This document shows, one piece after another, positions 13,314 through 28,239 of a stretch of DNA of 64,000 bases. Numbering within the stretch: position 1 is the stretch's first letter; each line of letters opens with the position of its first letter. This DNA comes from the human T2T-CHM13v2.0 reference genome, Homo sapiens. The notes beneath the pieces are model-generated. The model saw only the letters and a list, made by a program, of their open reading frames with translations, had not been told where the DNA came from and did not search any database. Location of the stretch: assembly GCF_009914755.1 (NCBI RefSeq), contig NC_060941.1; one strand, 5' to 3'. The position numbers and the translations under genes are program-made.

Positions 13314-13648
13314 CTAATCATCCAACCAATAATAGTTTTATTCAGGCTCCTCTATGTGCCCCACATGGAGCTTGATGCTGGGTGTAAGCAGTAAAATAAA
13401 TCAAAACGTGCAAATCTTCCTTTTAGGTCTGTGTCTAGATTAATTTCTTGATGTTTTCCAGTCTAGTGCAACCCAACCCAACAGATCTTGTCAAGGAATA
13501 GATGGCTATAGGTTCTGAAAATAAGAATGACTCCAAAGTCCAGACGCAGGATCAGGATGTTCCTTCTCTAAGAAGGTGGTTTAGTTATTTCTGGGAAAAT
13601 ATCCTAGAAAACCTTACAGTGGGATTAGGGACAGTTTAATGGCTATGT

Positions 13649-14135
<487 letters not shown>

Positions 14136-15679
14136 AACTAAAGGAAGGAGCCTTTTGATATGCATTCAGGAAGCAGCCAACCTAATGCAATCAAGAAGAG
14201 ATAGTTCCTAACTGTCAGCCTTGTGGCTAAGTGAGGAAGAGATAATTTGGCAAACCATGGAGACCCCACACAACACACAGAGCTGTAATCTAGAGCAAGG
14301 AGACAGACAACTCCCAAACCTACAGTCAGCTCCAAGAGCCCTAGCACCTTTCATGTGCTTTTCCTGAAAGCTGATGTGTGCCATCCATAAAGATCACAGC
14401 TGGGCCCACCAAGAGGAAGCTGTGCAGAGATAATGCAGCCCTCACAGCCACTTCCGGAGACTACACAGAGATTCTAGTGGTTTCCACTTAAAACGCTCCA
14501 GTGCATTGGAGAGGCATTTGCCGGGCATGCACGCTTGTAGATTTCACATCCCATGAGTGTGGAGCTACTTTCTTCTACCTTCTGTTTGTCAGTTTTAGCT
14601 TTTCTGACTACTTCCTTGATGTTAAGTTGTCACTTGCCAGGTTTTCCCAAAACGTGGGTTTCTCATCTCCAACAACCCTAATCTACTTAGCTCTCTAATT
14701 ACTAACTTCTTACTAGTCTGTGAGTCAGAAAACCACATGACAAAATTGACTTAGAACTGTCACACGATAAGGGAACCAGGAACTCTCCAAATAGAGTTCC
14801 TAACTCTTTCAGTTCTCAGAATTAGTGGAAAGATCCTGCAGCCATTTCCAGTGCAACATCCTAGAGATCTGAGGTTCCCTGGAGACCAACTCTCAGATGA
14901 TCTTGACTGGGATTAACAACGGAGGACAGGACACTCTCAGGACTTACAAATTACAACTGCTATTACAGCTCAGCATTTCAAATTCAAGATAATTTCTTAT
15001 TCAAATGTGGACCAACAGATAACTGAAAATTCAGTTTCATGAGACGTAAGCAGCTAGATGTAAAGGGGATAAAGAGGACAAAGTCATGCGCTTTTACATT
15101 CGGAATTCTGCACTTCCAGCACAGTTCTAAACATCTTGTATTGACTTTGGAGGAGAATGAAAATAGTGAAGCAAGAGTGGATTAGTAAATATACTTAAAT
15201 CGCAATACCTAGGAGAAGAGTGTTTGGCTGAACTGAAATACTTTTAACACACAGTGCAGTTACATGAGTGACTTAAGGGTTCTTATCTCTGGACTTTGAG
15301 TTTTGGCCTAAAATGATGTAATGATGTTGCTAAAAAGACATTGTTAAAGAACTTAAAGCCGAAACAGCTCAGCAGGATGAATGAAGATGAAGGTACTGGC
15401 TATCCCAAGGAGCCCATTCAACAGCAGCTTACCTCTTCTCAGCTCCATATTTTCAATGTGACTGGGTCTTATAGTACAGGCTTGTATTCATCACAGATGT
15501 TTGGAACTTCAGAATAATACATGGTGCAAATTTGCATTTACCTTCCATTGTAAATCAGTTCCAATAAAAGATAATATAAAAGGCAGAGCTTCTGCCTTGG
15601 ATTTTGTGTTCTTTAAATTTTTTGGTGCATTCTGTCTTTAAAATATAAGAAGTACCTCACTATATTCAGTGTAACACTC

Positions 15680-15775
15680 AACCGTCCCTGTCATGAGCTG
15701 GGTGACCTTGGTCATTCATTTATCCTCTGGTGGGCTCAAATTATTCATCAGTAAAATAACGAGCCTGTACAAATA
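15680..15775 (+). mobile_element. MIR fragment
   Basis: gagctgggtgaccttgg...ttcatcagtaaaat core. Confidence 0.55.
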
Positions 15776-15783
15776 AAATGTAA

Positions 15784-15888
15784 TTTTTTTCACATCAGAT
15801 GGGTAACGTGCCAAATCATAACAAGGTTTGAGCGAGGCACATCTCACACATGGGCATGAAAACCCAATCATCGCTTATGAAACTAACA
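15784..15888 (-). pseudogene. U13 (SNORD13) snoRNA retrocopy with short A tail
   Basis: Minus strand reads ...GTTTCATAAGCGATGATTGGGTTTTCATGCCCATGTGTGAGATGTGCCTCGCTCAAACCTTGTTATGATTTGGCACGTTACCCATCTGATGTG-A7, colinear with U13; D box CTGA at 15795-15798. Confidence 0.88.
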
Positions 15889-16630
15889 TTTCAATAGAAA
15901 TACATTATGAAAGTTCTGGTTCTAAATCCATATTATCTTGAGGGCATATCCACTGATGCAATGGATATGATCATTATTTGATTTGATATCAAACTAAAAC
16001 GAGTGAGAAAAAAAAAAAGAAACCCCAGAATATGTTACAGTTGTTTTTATTCCAACTGAAAATTGAGTAAGGGTAACTCTTCACTTTAACGTACCTAGAA
16101 ATGATATCTCCTTGCATAATTAGTCATTTAACAGAGCCAGCAACCATCCAGGAGCTTGGCTTGGTGTCATAAGACATGTGTAAGTAGCAAAGCACTGTCT
16201 GGTTTTGAAATCTCAAAACCATGAGTATTGAAATGTTGTATTTGAGTGTTTAATGAGAAGTGGTTAATCATTTACTTCCTTTTTTCAGGAAAGGGGAACT
16301 CTCTGTCTTCTAGACAAGGTCACCAACATCTAACCTTGGGCTGTGTCTTCCCATACAACCCTATTTACGTCAACCTTCCAATGACTGCTCCTGGGGACAG
16401 AGTGGTGAAATGGTACCATGGGCATTCTGACAACCAACTCAGAGAAGAGATGCTACATCCTTTGCCCTCTCAGAGGGTCAGAATTGAGAACATCTCCCAG
16501 TACCTAGACATACTCTGGTACATATGAAGTTTGTGATCTATGAATTTGGACCACAGAATCCACCACTACATCTAGCTCTTACTTCTCTCCAATGCCCTGC
16601 TGGTTCAGTCAACAGTAAGTCAACAGACAG

Positions 16631-16720
16631 ACATGTAAGAGCTAATGTAAGATGCTAGGCAGAATGCAAGATGTAAGATGTAAGATGTAAGATGTAAGCA
16701 TGTAAGATGCTAGGCAGAAT
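16631..16720. repeat. Heptamer tandem (GATGTAA)n with a duplicated atgtaagatgctaggcagaat
   Basis: Directly visible tandem units. Confidence 0.85.
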
Positions 16721-17422
16721 CCAGAGACAAAGTTGGAAGATGTCACCCTGTGTAACAGAAGTTTCTAGGACTCTGCACACTATGCATATTAATAACGTAT
16801 TTAAAGAGGGAACTTGAAGACAGTTTAGGCAGGAGATTAAGGAGACCTCTCATGTGTTTTCATGTGTTGTCATAGCCCCATGTTTGGAAATGACAATATG
16901 TGACACAAGAGTGTCAAAATGAAGACACCAGAGGATGACAACAGTCAATCAAAGCCCAGTAGAATCTAGGAACTGGAAGCAAGGAAGGTGAGAATTTGTC
17001 AGTGTGGCTTCATCACTACCTATTGGTGGAAGACACATACCTGATAACTACTTTGCTAGTTCTTAGCACATCAGGGCCATTTTCTGGAGGCATAATGTAA
17101 TCTACAGAAACAGCTCTCAAGCCTGACCTTTGCTCTACAGATAGCCTCAGTATTCACCTCTGATTATGTGTCCAGATTGCAGTTTCATTCCTGTTGATAC
17201 ACCTGGCTTGGGTGGGGACCTTCCTTCCAGATCCTCTAAGTTCTCTTTCATATGCATCTCATTCCAGGGAGAAGGGGAGAGTTCTAAGTCCCAAGTTCTA
17301 AGACACATACAGGTACACACCCACACATACAAGCACCCACCCTCACTTTATGGAAAGCATCCAGTGGGGAGACTCATGAACATCAGTCATTCTGAGGCCA
17401 CATCCTTCTACTAAACTAATCA

Positions 17423-17755
<333 letters not shown>

Positions 17756-17825
17756 TTAGCAGAACTCAGACAATTCACTTTTGCAATCTAAGAAGACATT
17801 CTTTATTGTTTATTTTGGAGGAAAA

Positions 17826-18011
17826 AATATATACATATATACATACATCTATATGTACTGATATATACATATACAAACACACACATGTGCCAATATGTAC
17901 ACATTACATACATATATACCTATATGTACAAATATGCATACAAATATGTACGTGTTTCTATATATATGTGTATATACACATATACAAATACGTGACACAC
18001 ACATATATATA
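17826..18011. repeat. (TA/CA)-rich low-complexity tract
   Basis: Imperfect alternating atac/acac/atat run upstream of exon 4. Confidence 0.85.
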
Positions 18012-20010
18012 AAAAACACATGTGAACATTCAGGGAAGGGCTGTAAAAAAATATCTATAGTTCCATCACTAGGAGTTAAAGTCATTTTAAAATATATTGA
18101 ATTTCCTTCCAGTGTTGGTGCAAATGTGTTACTTATGTACATGTGTCTGTGTTAAAGAGGGCCTGAGCCCTGCCTACTACCTTCCCTCTTCTTGCCCTCA
18201 GGGGTCTTTGAAGGGCTTATCAGAACTTCTGTATTCCAAGAAAAATAGCTTAAAACCACTATTCAAATTATCTGCATTCCCCAAGGAGAGGTAAAGATCA
18301 CGGGAATGGCTGTTAGAGCCCAAAGTAATTTTTTGGAAGAATGGAAGAAAATACTGATGAAGAAAGGTATGCTCTCTATAGGTATGGAAATCAATTTGCT
18401 TGGACAACCCGTATTTTTTTTTTTTTTTTTTTTTGGTCAACTCTGATCATGGCCATTAGCCTCAGCACAGAGCGGTGTGTGATCGCCAACCACCAGACGG
18501 GATGAAGGCTTACACTTCCTTATCTCTGTTGAACCCCAAATCTCCAAGCTTCCAACTGAAATTCAGGCAAGAAGACAGAGCCTCCTATGGTTTCTTCAGT
18601 TCACCATCCGCTGCAAACTCATGTCATTTCAGGGAGGAAAGAAGAAACAACCTGAGTTCCACACTGTAGAGGGAAGCCCAGGGTAAAAATCTGCATTTGG
18701 CCTCTGTCTTGTCTTCCAAGTGCCACAGAATGCTGGGGGCAGGCACTGCTCTCATGGAGGAAGGGCAACTGGGGAAGCTGCAGCATTTAATCCTTTCAGC
18801 TCAGTAACTGCCATATGTAATGGCTTCAAAAGCATACCTTCAATGCTTCACCCAGTACTCACAGCTCTGAAATCTGGATGGTTTATAATTAGTAACTGAG
18901 TAAGATAAACTTGTTTTGAGTTGTAAGCAGCTCATGGCAGAATTTTAAGGGTGCAAATTAGGTTAACTGTTCCTAGATTTTCACCTAAGATGTTTCCAAG
19001 GCACAGACTGGAGATATTTTAGAGTTGGAAGAAACCTGAGAGATCAACTAGTCCAGCTCCTTTGCACTGAAAGAGATTTCCAGAGGTGTTTTCATGAGCC
19101 CAAATGACACAGCCAAATCTAAGAGGCCTTTGATTCTAGTCTAGCACTCTTCACATTCAAGCACAACATATGCTTCTTTCATTTTTTCAATTTCTTTGTC
19201 AATTAAAGTAAGAAAATGACGGCTAATGGGTTGTGAGCCATCCTGATTTCACTTTTACATAACCTTAATCAAATGTTTGTCTTTATCCAGCATAGAGGTT
19301 CTTCTGGAGGAGCACTTTGCAATAAAGATAATGTTCTCATAATATTGTTTGCTTAAAATAAAAAAATTATCTAGCACTTTGGTAGATGCAGCTGGAATTA
19401 CAAAGAAATCTGAGACTCAAATCTGAAACTAAAACAAATAAAGGGATTCACTTTGGCTGGGAAATGTCCTTCCATGTGCATGTTCATGAGGAGTATGGCT
19501 GGTGGAGACAATATCTTAGATTTCCTTCTCCAATCCTGAGATACTGTCTTCACCCTTAACCCCGCGCCCCTGTCATTTTCAGCAGAAACTACTACGAGAC
19601 CTCACATACACAGAAAACTTAAAATCTTTATATGTTAAATCTATATAAACAGAAAGTGTCTAATATTTAATAATATAACCTAAATACTTCTTGAAACATC
19701 TTTCAACATTAACTTGAATTTTAGTCCCAACCCCATTACAATTGAGCTCTTTGCCATAAGTTATTTCTCGAATCAAATCAGAATTAGAGGATCAAGGACA
19801 TTTTTATTCAATGAGCATTTGTTGAATACCTACTGCTTTGAGCCAAGCCCTCTGGTTGACTCTGATGATCCAGAGATGAAGAAGATGGTTTTCAACCATA
19901 AGCACAATAAATAAAACACATGCATTAAGATAGTAAGTCTATCATCAACCACATTATATGTGAATGGGTTCAAGGCACTCATAAGATATGGAATTTTATC
20001 TTTGATTAAG

Positions 20011-20283
20011 ACATTTTGGGAGGCTGAGGCAGGTAGATCACTTGAGGCCAGGAGTTCAAGACCAGCCTGGCCAACATGCCAAAACCCCATCTCTACGAAA
20101 AATACAAAAAAATTGGCCAGGTGTGCTGGTGGACACCTATAGTCCCAGCTACTTGGGAGGTTGAGGCAGAGAATCGCTTGAACTCAGGAGGTGGAGGTTG
20201 TAGTGAGCCAAGATCACACCACTGCACTCCAGCCTGGGCACAGAGAGAGACTCTGTCTCAAAAAAAAAAAAAAAAAAAAAAAA
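20011..20283 (+). mobile_element. 5'-truncated AluS
   Basis: Starts at ttttgggaggctgaggcagg; long A tail; short TSD agacatt. Confidence 0.9.
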
Positions 20284-21619
20284 GAGAGACATTGTAGCTA
20301 TATTCTAATATAATAGATACACCTAAAACAAGCAACAGTCAAAAACAAAAAAGATTCTGAAAAGAAGCTTCAGGCAAATGTTAACAAAAAAGAAAGAAGA
20401 TAAATTAATAATAAAAAATAGAACTTATGTTGAAAGGATAAAAGTGGCCAGAGAGTTGTTTGGTTGTTTCATAGAGGAAAGATTTGGTTTATTTGATCTT
20501 TACTTCTGGTTTACATGATCTATGACTGAAGAAAATAAATCATTATGCATATAATAACATGGCCTGAAAAAGTTAAAATCAAAAAGTAATCAAAATATGA
20601 GAAGAAATTGTTAAAATCACAATAACAGTAGAAGACTTTAGCTTCCTTCCTCAAAATAGATGTCAGGTAGACCAAAAAGAAGAAAGAATATAGATTACAT
20701 AAGAGGATTAACAAATCTGTCCTAATAGATGTATAGAAAACTTGTGTCTATATAGCAAAGTTATTTTCAAACACACATGGGACAGCTTTTCAAACTGACT
20801 ATAAGGGCAACAAAGAATATCTCAATAAATATAGAAGCAGAAATGATGTAGGCTCAACATATACCTAAAGGCAAACAGAAATTAGACATTAAAAACAAAC
20901 TAGCCAAAATAAATTTGGAAATTTAAAAACAGTGTTCCAGATAATTCCTCGGATTAAAAAAAACAAGATGAAAAGTAAAAACTTCTTCAGCAAGGAATTA
21001 TATAGAGAGCCACATGGCACACCTGTGGGTTGTAACCAAAGCAGTTCTCAGAGGACAATGTATACACTTCTAAGCATTTGCTAGAAAAATCCTTAAAAAG
21101 AGTGAACTACACTTTCAACTCAAGAAGCCAGAAAAAAAACAATGAAATAAGTCCAAAAATTAATTGACTTAATATGGATAAAAGCACAGACTAATGAGAC
21201 AGAAAAAAATATTAAAATACATTTAATAAAAATGTCTGGTTCTTTGGGGATACATCAACAAGTTAGACAAATTTTATTCAAGTACATAAAAGAAGTACTA
21301 AAGAAACATACTAAGTTCCTGGATAGAAACACTCAAAGTTATAAAGATGCCAATTTCATCCAAAATAATCTACAAATTCAATGCTGTCCTAATCCATATT
21401 GCAACTGGAACTGGAAAAAAATCAATTAAAAATTCATCTAAAAAACAATGAGCAATGACAGATAAGAAAAAATTTGAAGTAAACACAACAGCAACTAAAA
21501 ACCAAAACGAACAAATGAACAAAAAGAAAATCAGAAAAACATATAAAACCAATGAGTCAAGATACCACCTACCAGATTTAAAACATATTTCTATATTTTG
21601 CTTATTACAGTATATGGTA

Positions 21620-21860
21620 TAAATTAAATATACAATTAATTGTAACTTTATAATATATAATTATAGAACATATCATAGAACTATGATATATACAATATAT
21701 AATTATAGAACATATCATAGAAGTATGATATATAATTATATAATATATAATTATAGAAGTATATATGTTCAAGTGCTTATATTATAATTATATAACATAT
21801 AATTATAATTAATAAAATGTATTTTATTTATAGACATACAAAGCTTATATTTATATTATA
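21620..21860. repeat. AT-rich degenerate tandem (tataattatagaa...)
   Basis: Repeated aatatataattatagaacatatcatagaa units. Confidence 0.8.
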
Positions 21861-22387
21861 AAGTTTTAGCAATTCAAAAATATGGTGTTAATCATGAAAG
21901 AAAAATAAAAGAATGGGATGGAATAAGACTTTGGAAGCATACATGTAAATTTGGTAGATAATACACAACATCATATAAACCAGTGGGGAAAAATACAACA
22001 GACAATACATAGTGTTGGCTATTCATTTGGTAAAACATAAAATTAAATCTCTAGTTCGCATCATTAACAAAATTAAATTACAGACAGAACAAAGAGAAAA
22101 CAGCTAAGTATAAAATTGAAAAGCCATGTGATTAGCAAAGGAGAAATATGAACAGCCAATAAACATCGTAAAAGGTGCCCAACCTCACTAGCAACCAAGG
22201 AAATGCAAGAGAAACCCATGAGGAGGGTGACACCAATTTTCATCCAGCCAATAGGCAAAATTCAAAAAAAATGGATAATATCAGCAGAACAAATAAGTGA
22301 TAGCTACCTGCAGACACCATTCACAGGAATAATAATAATATTATTATTATAATCCTTTTGTGACCAGCCATTTTGTGGCAGAATATA

Positions 22388-22432
22388 TTAGGTTGATACA
22401 AAAGTAATTGTAATTTTTGCCATTAAAAGTAG
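22388..22432. mobile_element. Partial MADE1 (mariner-derived MITE)
   Basis: ttaggttgatacaaaagtaattgtaatttttgccatta matches one MADE1/Hsmar1 TIR; the second arm is absent. Confidence 0.75.
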
Positions 22433-23733
22433 TTTAAAAATTGTAACACCTCTAGCGTAATGACACTATATGTGTTCAAGTGCTTATCTACTATATCCTG
22501 GAAAAACAGTGAACATATACTCAGAGGAAAATAAATAAGGACATTGATTGTAGCATTTCTATGAGGGAAAATAAATTATGGTATATCCTCACAATGAAAT
22601 ATTTTGCAGCAGTTAAAAAAATCATGAGTTAGAAAATGAAGAGTCTTTGAAAGGTCTCCAAGACAATGAAAAGAGTAAGGTGCACACACAACATGTCATC
22701 ATTATGAAAACAAACACCAAAAAACTATGTAATTGCGTATAGACATCCACAGGCATGCAAATATTCGTAGAGAAAGAGCCAAAGTTGTGTCAAATTGATG
22801 TCAGTGGGTTCCCCCAGGAACTACTGTTGCAACGAAGAAGAGTTTGGTCAAGAAGCCTTTCAGTTGAGGATATTTTCATGTATTATAATACTTGTATTAC
22901 TTAAATAATTAAAACCAATTTAAAAGATTACAAAGGTAAAAACAGATGCAGCACTCTATTGACTTACTAAGAGTCAGGATTCCAAAACTCAAAGGGCTAG
23001 TGGAATTCTGGGCAGGACTGGGCTTCCACATGCCCAGGAAAACAACAAGGGATTTTCCTTTCCTCCAGTGCCATTGATCAAAAGCTACACAAGGACAGCG
23101 AGAGGAAAAAAAACAGAGCCCAGCCCAGGAGAAAGCAAACTCCATTCCAGCTCCAAAAGGCTGGTGCAAGATTCAAGAGCTCTCGTTGTTGCTCAAAGGG
23201 AACCCCACAGGGCCCTGAGGACATTTCTAAGCTCAGATGATGCTGCTCCCCAATCAGAGCCATTCATCAGAACTGGAATAGACAGGTAACAACCAGCGCA
23301 GTAAGAGACAGCAGATATCACACACTCCAGAAATGACAGGGCTTTGATCCTGTCCAAGGTAAGGGTCCCGTGTGAGCACGTGCAAAGCCTGACTCTCTCC
23401 AGCATTTATGTGCTCTGGTTAGGACAGCCCAGGCAGGGCTGGGCTCTGTTGCCAAGTTCTTCTGACCGCCCACCTAACTTGCCACATACATTTTTTTGGC
23501 CTTGAATTCTGCTTTACGTACTTGAGGCACTAATATATTTTATTGGGTTGTCATAATGATCAAACAAAAGAGTTGTTATTGAAGCGCTGTTAAAGGATAG
23601 TGCAAATAACCCCACCTAAAAGGCTGATGTGAGAAAACAGGGTAAACAAGCATTTACAGGCTGTTATTGAGGGGCCAGGTTCTGGAGCATTTCCATCTGG
23701 GTCACACCAAGCAGTATGAAAATGGGAGCCACA

Positions 23734-24048
<315 letters not shown>

Positions 24049-24192
24049 GAAAATGAGAGCCACAATGTTCACACAAGCCAGGTTATTAGCACATTGGCCA
24101 GAACTCCAAAAGTGTTTTGATACAACTTTGGTATCAATTCATATCTCCTCTCCAGCATAAGGGTGCTACAGAGTCAGAGTGCAAATATCTGC

Positions 24193-24430
24193 ACAGATAG
24201 CAAACTATCTATAAAGAATCAGAGAGCAAATACTTTAGGCTTTGCAGGTCATACGGTCTTCTTAACAACTACTCAATTCTGCCTTTGTATCACAAAATCA
24301 GCCATAGCCATGGACAAGATGTAAATGAGTGGGTGTGACCCATTCCTTCAATAGCCATTTATCCAATAAAATCTTATTTACAAAAGCAGGTTGGATTCGA
24401 CATGCAAGCTATTATCTGCCAAACTCTGCT
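24193..24430. mobile_element. MER58A-like hAT element
   Basis: agcaaactat...aaatactttaggctttgcaggtcata...ccaataaaatcttatttacaaaagcagg. Confidence 0.7.
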
Positions 24431-24797
24431 ACAGCAAAACAAGTCAGCTGTACAGAAAATAATGATTCGAGTTCAGAGAAATATAATGCAAGTGAAAATG
24501 CTGTCAATTACAAACCTGTTCTATTTAGATCAAACCTAGTGTGACACCAACATCCCAAGTGGCTAAACTATAGATTAACACAAGCCCCAGTGTGGCGATA
24601 CTCTTCCCCACGCCCCACCCAATTTGCAAGTATGCAATAAATAGTAGAACTTATGTTGAGTACCTGCTGTCCTCCAGGCCACACTCAGTTCCTGGTGCAA
24701 AGTGGAGGCCTGCTAAACATTTGTGGAGTTTCCAGTGGAAGTTTTAAGCCAATATCCAACCTTGGTGCTGAGCACTGGAATTAAAAACTAAAGCTCT

Positions 24798-25597
<800 letters not shown>

Positions 25598-25919
25598 TCA
25601 GCCCCCTCAGCTATATTCTTAGCCCAGGGCCTACAACCTAGTGAGTTAAGGGCTCAGAAAGTATGAAGCACTTTTCAATGTAACAGTTTATGTGCATCTT
25701 TCATTACCAGCATGGAACCAACCCTGCCCCATATCAAGTCCCACTCTGGGCAATTCATAAAACTGTTCTGACTCAAGAGAACAGGTTTTGTTGAAAGTGA
25801 AAGGAAGGACAGTTGCAAGAGTCAGAAGAGACCTTGGAGAGGCCAAGAGAGAAAAAGCCATGAGAGGGTAAATCACAGAGGCAAAGAGTTATTAACACCT
25901 CCCATTTGCATAGTGCTAG

Positions 25920-26300
25920 ACTGTTTTCAAAACACATGACCCCAAGACCAGGACTCCCACGCCCAAACCTCCCAACCCACAACCATCACACAGATCGCCA
26001 TTTTCCTTATTTCTCAGTATGAATGTCATTCCAGAAATAGCTGAGTCTCTGAAAGGCCTCCATCCTAAACAATGTGGCCTTTGCCCATATGCTTCGCCCA
26101 CCAGCTCAAACATGCCCAAAGCCCAGCGTGGGTCTTGCCCCCTGGGCTTCAACTTCTCCCCCAGCTGGTGGCTTTGAAATGGGCTTGCTGGTCAGGCTAA
26201 CTTTGCCTATGATTCATGCGGAAAGCAAAACAGATGGAGACAACTATGTGCCAGCATGGAGCTCACAAAGGCGATGAAGGTGACGTGGGCGGCTCTCTCA
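25920..26300. promoter_or_regulatory. Intron 3 Schwann-cell enhancer (EGR2/SOX10/TEAD motif cluster)
   Basis: EGR-type motifs at 25954-25962 (GCGTGGGAG, -), 26095-26103, 26126-26134 and 26283-26291; inverted SOX dimer ACAAT-gtggc-CTTTG 26069-26083; TEAD CATTCCA 26027-26033. An EGR2/SOX10 enhancer in the large PMP22 intron is established; equating it with this cluster is inference. Confidence 0.75.
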
Positions 26301-27874
26301 ACAGGTAATCCTGGGGGTATTTTAGCTAGAGCAAAGCCTGTGTCTGGCCACTAGTGGGCACAAACTGCTCAGTAAGTGGAAGGAATCTTCATGTCAAGGT
26401 ATTCCAGCTAACTTTGATACAGTTATTCAATGAACTGCATTCCTAATTAAGAGGCTTTGTGGCAGGCACAGAGCTAGTTTGTCAGGGTCTAGTTCTGCAC
26501 TTTGACATCCATATTCTTGCTCTGCTAGTGAGTTTTTGGACTTCTAAAGGGAATAACACGCAGCCACTGAGGTACCTGAGGTTACTGGATAATAGTAAGC
26601 TGTCTGAGGCTTTTTTATACCCTTGTTGGAAAACTCTAGAAACAGGGAAACAGAGTAGGCTTTGTTTCTCTAAGAATTGCTCTTGGAAGACTTACTCCAC
26701 CAGATACAAAAGAAAAAGGAGGGGAGTGCATTGTACGATGAAGGATATCAATCTCCCTCCTTGGTAATTCACAATGTACCATGAATGATCAAAGCCTGCT
26801 TAACTTTCAAAACTTAGTGTCTTTCAAACGGATTTATCAGGAGACTTGTTTTTGTTTTTGTTTTTTAAAAGAAGAGCTCACTTAAAAACACTGAGTTTGG
26901 CCATAGAAAATGACGGGAAAGGCAGTTGCAATTGCAGTCATGAACTGCATCAGTGGAGAATGAACAGGGAATAATTCGCTTAGTTTTAAGATCTTCAGGT
27001 TTAGGAGGAATTCTCCCCATAGAAATAATAGAGTTCTCCTCCTTCTTTCCCCTAAAGTATGAAAAAAGAACACGCATTATGGAAATGAAGAGCTAGAACA
27101 AAAGAGCTGCTACCCCCACCAGTGACAGTAAACCAATGCCCGTTTACAAGCACAAAACCCATCTCTGCTCCCTCTGCCTACTGCAATTCTACCCCATTGC
27201 CAAGGCCCAGCTCAGAGGCCACCTCCTTTTAGGATCCCTCGATGCCACAATTACATCCTGAACATGAACAGAGGCTCCGGGACCCATGCAATGTGCAGGT
27301 CCTACCTCAACTTCAGGTCCTACCTCAATGCCTGCTCTGCTTTTAGGAAACCAGGGTACCTGCCCCAGGTTACCTAATTTGTTACAGGCAGACCCGGTGC
27401 AGAAAAACAAGGATTCCCTGATGCCCAGACTACTAGTTTTTCCACTACAACACACTGGGGGTGCAGAGAAGTCAATGATATGCTTGCAATCTAATGAATT
27501 AAATTATTCTACCACCATTCTTCAGACTTAGAATCCACAAAAACTAGAGAGGGTGGAAGGAGAATGGTGTGGCAAAGAGAGAGCGGCTTCCCTTATTCTC
27601 TGCTCATCAGCCTGCCAAGCCAAACCACTGACCAAACTTCAGAAGGGCAAGAAGAGGCCCTGCTTATGCAGCTGGGACCAGCACCAGAGAAGCCACTGAA
27701 AGAAGGAAGGAAAGAAAAACTGCAATCGTCAACTGTTTGAAGAGTCATCGTGTAGAGGAGAGACGGGGGTCACCCTGCAGTCATTGTCCAGGAGGCACTG
27801 TGGAGATTTAAATTCTTTAAGGACGTGCCAAGCAACTTGATAAAACCCAAGTCCAGCACATCAGGCATGAATGA

Positions 27875-28225
<351 letters not shown>

Positions 28226-28239
28226 AGGTAATTTCTTAA

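Larger units (their letters stand above)
19900..22930 (+). mobile_element. Ancient L1M fragments (ORF2 start to 3'UTR), interrupted by Alu, AT-rich repeat and MADE1
   Basis: Degenerate ORF2 segments (tatatgtgaatggg, gaatatctcaataaat, atctacaaattcaatg, aatatgaacagccaataaacat). Confidence 0.65.

Noticed and set aside
16631-16720. Short periodic repeats as a CRISPR-like array (also 21620-21860 and ~27295-27330)
   Set aside because: Simple tandem duplications with no unique spacers, in a eukaryotic intron.
18414-18434. Orphan T21 run (A21 on the sense strand) as a retrocopy tail
   Set aside because: No upstream AATAAA, TSD or recognisable parent; probably a mononucleotide repeat and an oligo-dT mispriming site.
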